From positions 44,640,001 through 44,704,000 of the forward strand of contig NC_043009.1 in assembly GCF_006345805.1 (NCBI RefSeq): a stretch of DNA of 64,000 bases, read 5' to 3'. The translations under genes were made by a program, and so were the position numbers. This document shows positions 1-12,615 of this stretch, one piece after another (position 1 is the first letter of the stretch; the number at the start of each line of letters is the position of its first letter). Source of the DNA: Octopus sinensis. Lineage: Eukaryota. The notes below the pieces were generated by a model. It ran no database searches. It was not told the origin of the DNA and saw only the letters and a list, made by a program, of their open reading frames with translations.

Positions 1-349
1 CATGTGTATTTATGTATGTGTATATGAAAGACATGTGTAAGACAGAGAGAGAGTGTCACTTACATATAGATGACAACACACACCTTCACTCACTCTATCT
101 CTTCCTCTCTCTGTCTCACACACACACGTCCAGTTCATATATATGTTCATACATCATTCACTTTCTACTATCTTTCATTTTCTGCTCTCACTTCAAAGCA
201 AATGTCGCAGTTTAACTTTCTCTTCTCTTTCAATTACTGTTCTCTTCAAAGCATAAAGAAATTAAAAATTTATATGGAAATTAATGAATACATTTGAAAA
301 CTGAGTTGCCGATTTTTCTGAAGAAAAACAGCTTTTTTTTTTCACCTAC

Positions 350-447
350 CATTAGGACTGGCACCAGAATAATGATCTTGAATATAGATAGCTGGAACAA
401 AGTTGAGACCATACAAGCATCCAGAACCAATTGCTAAAACAGTACCT
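350..447 (-). CDS. TMEM144: TMEM144 exon (GTVLAIGSGCLYGLNFVPAIYIQDHYSGASPN-G); gene continues beyond the left edge
   Basis: Acceptor TTCATTTCAG, donor G|GTAGGT, 98 nt, phase 2-1; matches [25 protein letters not shown]...GASQ. Confidence 0.92.
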
Positions 448-3400
448 CTGAAATGAAGAAAACAATTGGATTACAGAAACATGAAATATTCAACTGGTGT
501 CATCATCATCATCATTTAACATTCACTTTTCTCTGCTTGCATGGATTAGACAGAATTTGCTGAGGCAGATTTTCTGAAGCTAGATACCATTCCAGTTGCC
601 AACCCTCACTCATTTCCAAGCAAGGCCAGACATGTTTTACTGTTTATCTTCTGTAATTTTGCATCCCAACCTGGACCATCTTGTATTTTTGTCCTTTTTT
701 TTCTTTCAATGCTTCCTTCTTTATTTAAGATGTGTGTGATTCGAGGGAGATTTGGTGACTATTTCTGATACATTGAGCTCCTACCGAGAACAACCATCAT
801 TGGCTTGAACTGATATATTAACTATCATAGCAGCTATTTTACTTGCATGTTTAATTATTTCATATTTATATATATTTCTTTATTGCCCATAGGGGAGCTA
901 AACATAGAGGGGACAAACAAGGAGAGATAAAGGGATTAAGTCGATTACATCGACCCCCCAGTACCTAACTGGTACTTATTTAATCGACCCCGAAAGGAAG
1001 AAAGGCAAAGTTGACTTCGGCGGAATTTGAACTCAGAACGTAACAGCAGTTGAAATACAGCTAAGCATTTTGCCCGGCGTGCTAACGATTCTATCAGCTC
1101 GCCGCCTTTACATATTCATAGCAGAAGAGAAATGGATGTTGTGATGTTTATGCCTTTCCCTGGAACATTACCTACAGGAATTATATGGAGTTAATACAAA
1201 CAGAATCAAAACTGGTTCGAAAATGACATTAATACTAAGAAAGCTCAGAGCTGTGGATTAGGATAAATGATGGAACATCAAGAAAAATCACTTGCGGTAT
1301 TCACCTGCAGTCATTTACCTTTTGGGTTCAAATCTAGCTGTTGCAAAAATTCACCATTTCATTTTCTTGAGTTTAAATCCTACAAGAGTTGTTTCCCCTA
1401 TCAACATTTGGCCTTGTATCAAGTCATCAATTTGGATTGACGAAATCGTTAGAGTTCTCAAGAAAATGCTTTGTGATGTTCATGCTATGGCTCTTTACGA
1501 AGAGCCATAGCATTTATGTTCGAATCTCACCAAGATCAACCTTGCCTGGTAAACTTCTTGGGCCCAATAAAATAAGTTCCATCCAATATCATACATTTAT
1601 ATATGTTATATATTGTTCAAAATTCACAGTCATGTACTTGTGTGAGAAATCAATATGATAAACACTAAAGGTAAATTACTCGAAACGTTGAACATTATAT
1701 TAAACAAGTGCGATCATGTGAATTTTTAAAGAATTATTCTCTTCTCTGCCAAACAGAGTTCGCACCCCCTACTTCCATTAAAATACAGCCTAATAACCTC
1801 ATGTCGATGTTATATAGCATTACATCTTTTAATTGGCATTCACAGCTGGCTAAAGTGGTGACATTAAGCCTTACCTGGATCTTAAAAGAGGATCCGTAAC
1901 CCATGGCTTTTATTGAATATATATGTGTATATATGTATAAACACACACATATACACATCCAATGAGTGAGAAGATGCTTGTACAAGTGTACAATAGATGA
2001 ACACTAGATTAATGCTCAGAAATGTCCAAAACTCTTAAGAATCCAACTTTCTAATCAGGGTAAAAATAATTCCACAGAACACGAGTTGGCTATTAGAACA
2101 GTGTAGTCCAAGTGTGTAATAAAAACACAAAAGATGTATATATGTGGCATTATTATATCATTTATATTAGTTACAAAAGATGTGGTATAATTTACAAAAG
2201 GTGTAGCTCTTGTTGCTTTGCTAGTTATGTTTGTAATGAAAATACTACAGGTCAGCTAAGTAATTCGTCAGTCATAATTTCTATGAAGTTCAGACATAAT
2301 GGAACCTCCCCCCCCCAATAACAGCAACATTACTTTGATGTATACGTGTCAGGGAAAAGGAATTGATTAACAGAGAGATGGAGACAAAACTAATTACAGT
2401 AGTTGTTTTACAGTATTTAATTTCATCCTACAACTTTTCTGTATTGAAGTCCCCCTGAGGTCAATTTTTGCCTTTCACCCTCACAGGGTCAGTTACAAAG
2501 GCATCTGCTTATAACTAAAGTCCATTCAATTGGCAGTATACTCTACAAAAATTAGCCAGGTTTCTAGTGAAATGAAATAATTGTTATGAAAATGTACAGG
2601 CTGGCATCATAGGTTAAGAGAGGATACTCCAGGAGAACTGATGTCTCACTGAAGTTTCATTTCTCAATAAAGGCCAATATTTCTTCACTGATGCCAATAA
2701 GAAAGGCATGAACATAACAATAAGACATTTTCTACACACCTTTACATCCAAGTCTAAAAGAATGAATATCAAGTGAACTTCAAATAATTACATGGAAAAT
2801 TATGTAAGGGAGATAACTGACAGAATTTCTATATTTCAAATAAATATGTGCAGTGGAATTGAACTTGAGACCGCATAGTTTGGAAGCAAGCTTCTTAACC
2901 ACACTGCCACATCTATTATAAACTTTTAAATATTTCACATCACTTATGCTGCTAATGCTGTATAGATAGGCATAAATGTCACTGTATCCCATTTCTTGTT
3001 ATTGCAGTAATAGTAATGATATCCCAAAGATGGGTACTTTTGGTTAGACAACATCAAAGAACTGACTGTCCTGGTGAAAGGGTTAAATGAATGTTTATCC
3101 TTTCTTTTTAAATCAAGCTATGTTGGCAAAAATGGCAGATTCTTCAATTTCAGTGCGGTTTCTTAACATTCAATTGTATTCTAAGATTTGTGAGCTGAAT
3201 TTTTTTTAATACTTAAAATATCAAATTTTTCTAGAAATTTTTGTAGTTTGAACTGTTTGATCTGTGATTACTTCTCATTATTCTTAGAAAATGTCCAAGT
3301 TATGGGAAAAAGAGTAATGAAATTATCTACTTTTAATAATATTTTAGTTGGTTAAAAAAATAAATTACTCAAAATAATTATCTCCCTTAGATGCTAACAT

Positions 3401-3698
3401 TATTGTTGTCAAATTTCCTTCTGCAAATATTTTTACCAATCCATCCACCACAGCAGAAGTGTTAAGGCGGTCCCCCCACCGATGAAGAGGATTGGCCTGC
3501 AAGAGTTCTATGCTGGTGCAGTGCCACATTCAATGCACCCAGCACACACTGTAAAGTGGTTGGCATTAGGAAAGGCATTGAGCTATAGAAACCAAGCCAA
3601 ATCAGACTGGAACCTGGTGCAGCTCTCTGGCTGGCCAGCTCTGGTCAAACCGTCCAACCCATGCCAGCATGTGAAATGGATGATGACGATATGTGTGT

Positions 3699-3732
<34 letters not shown>

Positions 3733-4296
3733 TAAAATAATACACAGAGAAACAATATGCACTAACATTTACATCCAATACAGTAACATACAAAAGTGAA
3801 TAATTAATGGCGTGGCTGTGTGGTAAGAAGCTAGCTTCCCAACCACATGGTTCTAGGTTCAGTCCCACTGTGTGGTACCTTGGGTAAGTGTCTTCTATTA
3901 TAGCCTTGGGCCGACCAAAGTGCGGATTTAGTAGACAGAAACTTAAAGAAACCTGTCGTGTGTGTGTATATATATATATATATATACATATACATCCTTA
4001 AATCCTTAAAAATGTTTTAGCCTGAAGGCCGCGCCCATGCTGGGGCACCACCGCTATATATATATATACATATATATATATATTTGTGTGTTTGTCCCCC
4101 TATCATTGCTTGATAACTGATGTTGGTGTGTTTACATCCCCGTAACTTAGCAATTTGGCAAACGAGACCGATAGATTAAGTACTAGGCTTACAAAGAATA
4201 AGTCCTGGGGGGGTCGATTTGTTTGGCTAAATGCAGTGCTCCAGCATGGCCACAGTCAAATGACTGAAACAAATAAAAGAGTAAAAGAGTACTTAC

Positions 4297-4367
4297 AAAA
4301 TCCGTTTTTTTGTAGGAGAGAGTTTATTAATAACAGTGATACCTTCATCGACTTCATCTTGGATTAC
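4297..4367 (-). CDS. TMEM144: TMEM144 exon (VIQDEVDEGITVINKLSPTKKRI-L)
   Basis: Acceptor TTTCCTGCAG, donor TT|GTAAGT, 71 nt, phase 0-2; INKLSPTKKRI matches VDKLSTVHHRI. Confidence 0.88.
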
Positions 4368-4863
4368 CTGCAGGAAATAGAAAACATTGTAGAAATACAG
4401 GCTAACGATCCAATGACTTCGGGGCAACAGTCTCTTTAATGACAACACCTAAGAGTTGGCAGAGTCAGTGAAGTGCTGGACAAAATAACTTATGCTATTT
4501 TTTTGACATTTTGGGTTCAAATTTTAACCAGGTCCATTTTGTTTTATATCCTTCTGAAGTCAATAAATTAAGTAGAAGTTGGTAAAATATACTTTAGAAA
4601 GTGGTGCTTTAAGTAGGGTCACAGGCTAATCATTAAAACTAGTAAGAGAATAAAAAAAATGAAAGGCTTAAATATTAGGATACATTATGAACCACAATGA
4701 ACAGAGAGCAAGCATGGCTTAATTGATAAAGAATAACTATTGCTCAGTAAGTAGAGGATAACTATGGCTCAATGAGCCATCTGGCTTGCCAGTCCTCAGT
4801 CAAACCATCCAACCCATACCAGCATGGAAAGACGTATGATGATAGATCATCCTTTAATGGCCC

Positions 4864-5100
4864 TAGAAAAGAAAATAGCACAGGTCTATCCAAAAAAGTT
4901 TGGCAACTGAAAAGAAGCAATATAGATTACTCGATTTCTTGGAAAATACTTTCTTCAGCTCCATCTTATAGACATAATAACAAGATCTGTAAATTATGCC
5001 TAGAAGAAAGTTACAAAATAAAATGAATGGTTTTCTTGTAAATTCGAGAGATGAAAAAGTCTTTCTCTTGCAGACATACGTCAAAATTCCTTTTTATTAA
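4864..5100 (+). mobile_element. Penelope-like element fragment (C-terminus of the GIY-YIG endonuclease)
   Basis: NSTGLSKKVWQLKRSNIDYSISWKIL...CKLCLEE, then LVNSRDE...CRHTSKF; resembles the recalled PLE motif STxLSKHIW...CxLC...LNSR..CRH. Confidence 0.75.
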
Positions 5101-6216
5101 GCTTAAATAATCTTTCCACCTCCTTACCTTAACTACTTTCATCTTATTCCTTCTCCTTATAATTTAGTTTTTTGTATAATACCTCTCTCAACATTATTAC
5201 TACCTATATATGATTTCTATTCTATAATACTCTCTACTTTAATTATCTTACACTACTTGGATATTCATATGTTATTCTACCTTCTCCCCATATATATTAT
5301 GAACCTCATTTTTTTTATTAACTAGCAGGCGTACCTGGTGTTGCCCAGCACAGTTTGTTAAGTATGCCAGGTCAGCATAGTCTCCTACGAAGTAGAGCTA
5401 TAGTAGAAGGTGCTATGTAGTGGGACTGATCCCAAAACCATGTGGTTGCAAAGCAAGCTTCTTAACCACACACCCATGCCTGATCAATCTTTACAAGATA
5501 ATTCGTTAGTCACTTAGCATTAGCAGGACAGGTCATTTTGCTAATGTTCTATGCAGCAAGGTGTCCCAACTTAGTCTGCATTGAGAAATAATTCCAGGAA
5601 TAAAATTAGGCATAAACTGCATAGCAATTAACTGATAAGTATTAGATTAGTGAAGTATTTAGGTGTTGGGGATTACAGCTGTAAGCTCAGGAGTTCAATT
5701 TCTGGGTTGGACAGTATGTTGTATCCTTGAGCAAGGCACTTCATTTCACATTGCTCTATTCCACTCAGATGAAAATGAGTAGTCTCATAGCTAAATGATG
5801 AGGGAATGTGCTAATCCTGAGATACACTGACATCTTGGTTCAAGGTGGGTGGGTGGAGTATTATTGTAATTCCCATTGCTTAAATACTTCAGTAACTGGG
5901 ATAAGCTCTGGTCTAAGCAGCCTGTAAGTTTGAGACAGACCTTAACTAATTCTGGCTTTTAATTTAATTGGGTGGGGGGTAGCACCTTGATATAATCAAT
6001 GATATACCTTAACATACAAAAAGTGCAAATGGCAGATTTAAAGTGCAATATAGACAATGACAATGGCAGGAAAGATGATACTGATGTCAAAAGTAATGAT
6101 GGTGAAGATGATGATGACAATGCTGATGATGATGATGACCATGATGATGACAATGATGATGGTCATTTAAAAGTGCTTCACAAATATTCACAAGAAAATG
6201 GATTAGAATATCTTAC

Positions 6217-6264
6217 CGGAGCAGAATTTGCAGAAGCAGTAATATCTGGGTCATATTCAATAAC
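6217..6264 (-). CDS. TMEM144: Probable extra TMEM144 exon in the central loop (VIEYDPDITASANSAP)
   Basis: Strong acceptor TTTTAACTTCAG and donor CCG|GTAAGA; 48 nt, open, phase 0-0, fitting between exons 5 and 7. No recalled counterpart in human. Confidence 0.6.
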
Positions 6265-6281
6265 CTGAAGTTAAAAAGTAC

Positions 6282-6354
<73 letters not shown>

Positions 6355-6892
6355 CATGGAAAGCGGACGTTAAACGATGATGATGATGATATACTAGCAG
6401 TAATACCCGTTGTTGATCGGATAATTACTTTTCGTGTTTCTCAGGAACCACATTCAAAGTAATATTATATATATAATTTACTCCTCTTGTATGTGTGTAT
6501 TTTTATAAGAGAAAAATAGGTAATAATTGAAGTAGAAAACAGATCAATTCCATACGTGAATTTCTGTTTGTTTATTATATGACAATAATAAATGAGCTGT
6601 ATGTGTTATTTTATTGATTAATACAGTTATGGCAATTATTTGACACATACATGCAACTGCTTACAATAATAAAGATTACTGTATAATTTCTTCTAAGTTC
6701 ATAATTTTTGGTTTACAATATTGAAAAAAATATGCCACCAATGATAAGATATAATCTCTCCAGCAACTAGTATAACTAGTATGTGAGGAATGAAGATGGT
6801 GCCACCTTTACCACAACAAGTAAGAATATTTGCCTCAGTACTGTTCCTCACAGGTTTGTGCAAAATTAATGTTATAACAATGCATAATAGGA

Positions 6893-7150
6893 GATGCATA
6901 ATAGTTTCCCTTGAACCATTTACTTTCATTTTGGAGGCCGAACAAATGAACAAACACACAAACAGTCAGAATGTCTCTTTTATATATCTATAAATAAGAT
7001 GATATAAGATCAGATAAAGCATAATAATTTCCCTAGATAAGAAGAAAAATCATTATAGTTTTCCTTGAACCATTTACTTTCAATTTGGAGGACAAGCAAA
7101 TGAACAAACACACAGACAGAATCTCTCTTTTATACATATAGATATATAAT
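6893..7150. repeat. Diverged tandem duplication of about 110 bp
   Basis: ATAGTTT(C/T)CCTTGAACCATTTACTTTCA(T/A)TTTGGAGG...CAAATGAACAAACACACA occurs near 6901 and again near 7056. Confidence 0.85.
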
Positions 7151-7160
7151 ATAGATATAC

Positions 7161-7537
7161 ATTGTGTGTTAGAAAAACGCCGCCGCCGTGGTGATCTCAT
7201 TCTCGCCCACAACAAAATAAGCGGAAAGTGTAACCTCTCGAAAGAGCTGTTCTTCACTCCTGCTCCAGAGCGTCGGCTGCGGGGTCATTCCGAAAAGCTC
7301 TACCTGCGACGATTTCATCTCAATCGAAGGAGAGGAGCTTTCTCTGTCCGGGTGGCGGATCCGTGGAACAAGCTGCCAGACGAGATGGTGAAGATGCCGA
7401 CGACCGCTTTGTTCAAAGCCTCCCTTGACCTCAAGTGGCCTGAACTCTTTACATGAACACCACCCTGTACTTAACTCCATGTCCCCCTACATGGCCTTGC
7501 TATTTGCTTTTGAGCCAAATTAACTAACTAACTAACA
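7161..7537 (+). mobile_element. CR1/L2-type LINE 3' fragment with a stem-loop and (TAAC)n tail
   Basis: LEKRRRRGDLI...LRGHSEKL...FSVRVADPWNKLP is a typical CR1 ORF2 C-terminus; CCATGT-CCCCT-ACATGG-type hairpin followed by (TAAC)4. Confidence 0.85.
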
Positions 7538-8566
7538 TATATATATATATATGGCATAAAAACTGTGTGAAGGAAGACTTGAAGAAACTAGATATGAACA
7601 AAAGTGATTGGGAAATTGATGCTGTGGGTCAGAACAAGTGGAGAGGTACTGTTAAGTCTGGTTGCAACGGATAGGAGGAAAAGATGATTCAGTACTCTGA
7701 GTTTAAAAGGGCCTGCCGGAAAGGAATAATTGGAACTGAAATCAACAGTGAACATTGGGTATGTATTATGTGTGATTGTGTTCTGTTGTCAAAAGTGGGA
7801 TATGTGGATCCTATGAAGTCACATGAAAATCAAAATACCCAGGTAGGTAGATAATCTTGAACACCAACTGCCTCTAATGGCTTGTGTTATACGTCAGAAA
7901 ACTTGTAAGACAATATTGGAGATAAATTTTAACAAAATCTTATGTGGACCCCCGTTGAGAACCTTGTGTTAGAATATCAGGTGAAATGCACTGTGATGTT
8001 TATTCCAGTTTCAAACCGCACAAAAATTAGTTTCACCTTTTATTCTTCAGGGGCTCATAAATTAAGTCTCAACCAAGGGCAGTGGACTTATGAAACTGTT
8101 GGTGCTTTGTGGTACTTGTTCTGGCTCTTTGTATTCAGAGTTCAAATCCCACTGAAGTCAGCTTAGATGGTAATTCAAACTGTCTCCTGTCTTAACACTA
8201 TTGCCTTGGATGTTTCTAGCAGAGCACATTCCATTACAGGCATTCAGGCCAGGTCTGCATTTTGAGGATACCTCTTTCCCACCTTCGCACCAGTCTTGGA
8301 GAACTTGTGAAAGCACTTCCTATCCCATCTGACTAAAAAAAAAAAATTTAAAAGAAAATTCGTCCTGGCAGAACTGAACACATCCTATTCAACAAGAGAT
8401 CTTTTAAGAGGTAGAAACAACAAGTGAAATTTCCCTTAAATAACTGTACAGTGTTACGAAAATAAAGATAAAGTGGTGAATGTAGTCCTAGATGTATAAA
8501 AGTATGTTTGCCTATTTAAAAAATATTTAACAAAGGTAGCTTAAGTATCATACAAGCAAAAGCAGC

Positions 8567-8650
8567 CAATATATATATATATATATATACACACAAACAT
8601 ACATATACATACATATATACATACATACATATACATACATACATATACAT

Positions 8651-8695
<45 letters not shown>

Positions 8696-8916
8696 CATAT
8701 ATATATACATACACATATATATATATATATATATACATGCACATATATATATATATATATACATACATATATATATACATATATATATACATACATATAT
8801 ACATATATATATACATACATATATATATACATATATATATACATACATATATATATACATACATACATACATATATATATACATACATACATATATATAC
8901 ATACATACATACATAT

Positions 8917-8949
<33 letters not shown>

Positions 8950-9020
8950 TATACATACATACATACATATACATACATATACGTACATACATATACATAC
9001 ATACATACACACACACACAA
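8567..9020. repeat. Complex (TA)n/(TACA)n microsatellite
   Basis: About 450 bp of TA, TACA and CA units; source of the spurious YICM-rich ORFs. Other (TA)n tracts at 6300-6352, 10256-10350, 48030-48066 and 55378-55438. Confidence 0.97.
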
Positions 9021-10254
9021 TTATCTCAGTCATATCAGGTGATGACCTCATTAACTATATGCATTAATTATGAAAAAATTGTGATCATCTGATTACTGAT
9101 TACATGTTTGCTAATGTGTAGTCAAAATTATCTCTACAGTTAGGATGAATATGTTTTCATATATGAAATATATTTATAATTGCATGTGTGAGGTGAATGC
9201 TATCGAAACTGAAGTTTGAGAGAGAGAAGAATTAAAAAAAAACATACTATTTGGTTTGTTGTGACGCAGTTTGTATTTCCCTCTCTCTTATATAAACATG
9301 CATACATATTATCATCATCGATTAACATCTGTTTTCCATGCTGGCATGGGTTGGACGGTTTGACAGATCTGGAGAGCTAGCAGCAGCACCAGGCTCCAAT
9401 CTGGTCTGGCAGAGTTTCTGCAGCTGCATGCCCTTCCTAACACCAACCCCTCTGAGAGTGTAGTGGGTGGTTTTTACGTGTCACCGATACAGGAGCCAGT
9501 CAGGCGGACCTGGCATCAACCATGTTTGGATGGTGTTATTTATGTGCCATTGGCACGGTAGCCAGCCAGGGGGCACCAACCCCAGCTATGATATTAGTTT
9601 CACTTGACTCAACAGGTCTTCTCAAGGCACCAGCCCCAGCTATGACATTGATTTCACTTAGAAAGAAAATGGAAAAAGATGGATGTATGAATAATTTATT
9701 TGTTGAAATAAAAAAAAAAGTAACAATACAAATAATAAGTTGTAAGGCTCAAAAATAAAATAGGAGATGCTTAAAAACCTACATATATGTTTCAGTTCTA
9801 GCCCCAATTTTGTATGCATCCATCCAAGAAACATGTTAACTTCTGTTCTATAAACTCATAATAACCCTGAAGAAGTTCTGCCCCAAACAGTTGAAAATGA
9901 TACCATTCTTAGTATATAACCAAATGCTTAGAATTGCATATCAACTAGGGGCTATAACCAAAACATATATGTAGGTTTTTTTTGCATCTCCTATTTTATT
10001 TTTGAGCTTTATTACTTATAATTTATTTGTATAGTAATTAAAAAAAAAAAAATTACATCTTATTATCATATAAATGAATTATTCATCCATCCATCTTTCT
10101 CCATTTTCTTTCTTTAATATTAATAATATGTATTACTACAATAATCCCTAACATATTGCAGAGGCATTCTCTTTATATGATAGTGATTAACCAGTAGACT
10201 TTTTTTTTTGATTATTTAATCCCTAATGTGGATCTAACATCCTCGAATTGACTA

Positions 10255-10355
<101 letters not shown>

Positions 10356-10620
10356 TATATGTATGTGTGTGTGTCTGTAAATATACGCACACATGCATTT
10401 AAACAAACACATATGCACATGTAAATGTATATATACATATACATATTTATATTATATGCATATGAAGACATGCACACATACATGTAAATGCATGCAGACA
10501 CAAACAACATAAAGGAGAATCAGGTAAACAAAGTTAAGGGCAATTCATTTAAACCCAAACACTGGATTCATTGCACCCTTATGATATTGCAAGAGAGCAA
10601 AAGTTAAAATGAAGTCTTAC

Positions 10621-10690
10621 CTCTCTGTATGGAGGGTCATTTGAGTCTGAAGTTGATACTTCACTTTTCACCAAAGTGTAGGTAATTCCA
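10621..10690 (-). CDS. TMEM144: TMEM144 coding exon 5 (GITYTLVKSEVSTSDSNDPPYRE)
   Basis: Acceptor TTTTACAG, donor GAG|GTAAGA, 70 nt, phase 2-0; LVKSEV matches FIKSEI. Confidence 0.87.
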
Positions 10691-11486
10691 CTGTAAAATA
10701 AATACACCATCATCATTTTAATATCTATTTGCATGGATCAGATGGAATTTATTGAAGCAGATTTTCTAATGGCCAGATGCTCTTCTTCCTGATCACCCCC
10801 AAGCAAGGTAACATTTCCCTAAGGCCTGACATGTTTTTGCAGACTATTGGAAATGAATGACATTGATTGTATGACAGCAACACTAATTTACAACTATTAA
10901 ACTACGTCAAAACAAAGAGACATAAACGCATGTATATGGTGGTTCTTCTTTCAGTTTCCATCTATCAAATCTACTCACAAGGCTTTGGCCGGCTTGGTGT
11001 TATAGAAGACACTTGCTTATGGTGCCATGCAGTGCGACTGAACTGGAACTACGTTGCTGGGAACTAAGCTTCTGAATCACACAGCTATGGCTGCAACAGG
11101 CTCCAATCTTGATCTGGCAGAGTTTCTACAGCTGGATGCCCTTCCTAATGCCAACCACTCTGAGAGTGTAGTGTGTGCTTTTATGTGCCACCAGCATGAG
11201 GGCCAGTCAGGCGGTACTGGCAATGGCCATGCTCAAATGGTGTTTTTTACGTGCCACCTGCACAGGAGCCAGTCCAGTGGCACTGCCAATGACCTCGCTC
11301 GAATGTTTTTTCATGTGCCACCGGCACAAGTGCCGTAAATTTCACCAAGGGCAACCTTACCTCTTATCCTTTCGTGGTCTATAAAATAAGTATCAGTTGA
11401 ACACTGGGTTGATGTAACTAACTTACCCCTCACCTAAAATTGCTGGCCTAGTGCCAAAATTTGAAACCAATATTACGTTAATTTAC

Positions 11487-11567
11487 CTCAAGATAGCAAA
11501 AGCCAGGGCAATGTAGTTCATGACCATGTTATGTGATTTCTCTTCCTTGATGCCAAACCAACCATAG
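11487..11567 (-). CDS. TMEM144: TMEM144 coding exon 4 (YGWFGIKEEKSHNMVMNYIALAFAILS)
   Basis: Acceptor ATACAG, donor AG|GTAAAT, 81 nt, phase 2-2; matches [27 protein letters not shown]. Confidence 0.9.
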
Positions 11568-12574
11568 CTGTATAAGAATTGGAGACAATATTAAAGAATG
11601 GAAGACATTCATAAAATTCACGAGACTAAAGAAGGCAAAAACACAGCAAAAATTAAAAATACAGTGAAATTTCATTTTGTGAAGAAATTTAATAAAGATT
11701 GGTAGTTTGGACTGGACTGTGGGACATAAACTCTGGAGAGAATTTTCAGTAATTGATACAAAAATAGATATTAATAGCAGAATGATAAATATCACTACTG
11801 CCACCATTACAGCTGCTGCTGCTGTTGCTAGCAGCAACAGTAACAACAACATTTTAATGTTCCCTTTTCCCAGCTTGCAAATGGCCAGAATTTCTATGGC
11901 TGGATACAAACCTTTGTCTGTTTCCAACCAAAGTCATATTTTCCCATGGCCAGACATATTCCTCACGGAGGACTGGAAACAAACAATGCCAGTTTGATGG
12001 TGATGCTCATTTACAGGTATCAGGTGAGATATCAAGACAAGGGAACACACACACACACACACACACATTATATGCAACAGGCTTTTTTCAGTTCCTTATT
12101 TCTTTATTGCCCACAAGGGGCCAAACATAGAGGGGACAAACAAGGACAGACAAAGGGTTTAAGTCGATTATATCGACCCCAGTGCCTAACTGGTACTTAA
12201 TTTATCGACCCCAAAAGGATGAAAGGCAAAGTTGGCTTTGGGGGAATTTGAACTCAGAATGTAGAGACAGACGAAATACTGCCAAGCATTTCGCCTGGCG
12301 TGCTAACGTTTCTGCTAACTCATCACTTTTTCCAGTTTCTTTCAATTGAATCTACTCACAAGGTTTTAGTTGGCCCAAGACTATAGAAGACACTCACCTA
12401 CTGTGCCTTACAGTGGAACTGAACTTGAAACCACATGGTGAGGAAGTAATCATCTTAAACACAAGACTATGCACCTAAACCAACCAACCAACCCACTCAC
12501 ATCCCTCCCTCCCACTACCTATGTATCTACTTACCTACCTACATAAATACATACATGTATATAATTTCTGTGTA

Positions 12575-12615
<41 letters not shown>

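Noticed and set aside
1873-1904. Possible 32-nt phase 0-2 TMEM144 exon (PWVTDPLLRS) with a GTAAGG donor
   Set aside because: No polypyrimidine tract; the 4297-4367 exon fills this slot with better splice sites and clear homology.
5999-6268. Asp-rich plus-strand ORF of 89 aa
   Set aside because: Derived from (GAT/GAC)n repeats and antisense to a TMEM144 exon.
8516-9051. Long ORFs of 101-167 aa rich in Y/I/C/M/V or H/T/Y
   Set aside because: Translations of a TA/TACA microsatellite; the same applies to ORFs at 10212-10510 and 17858-18278.
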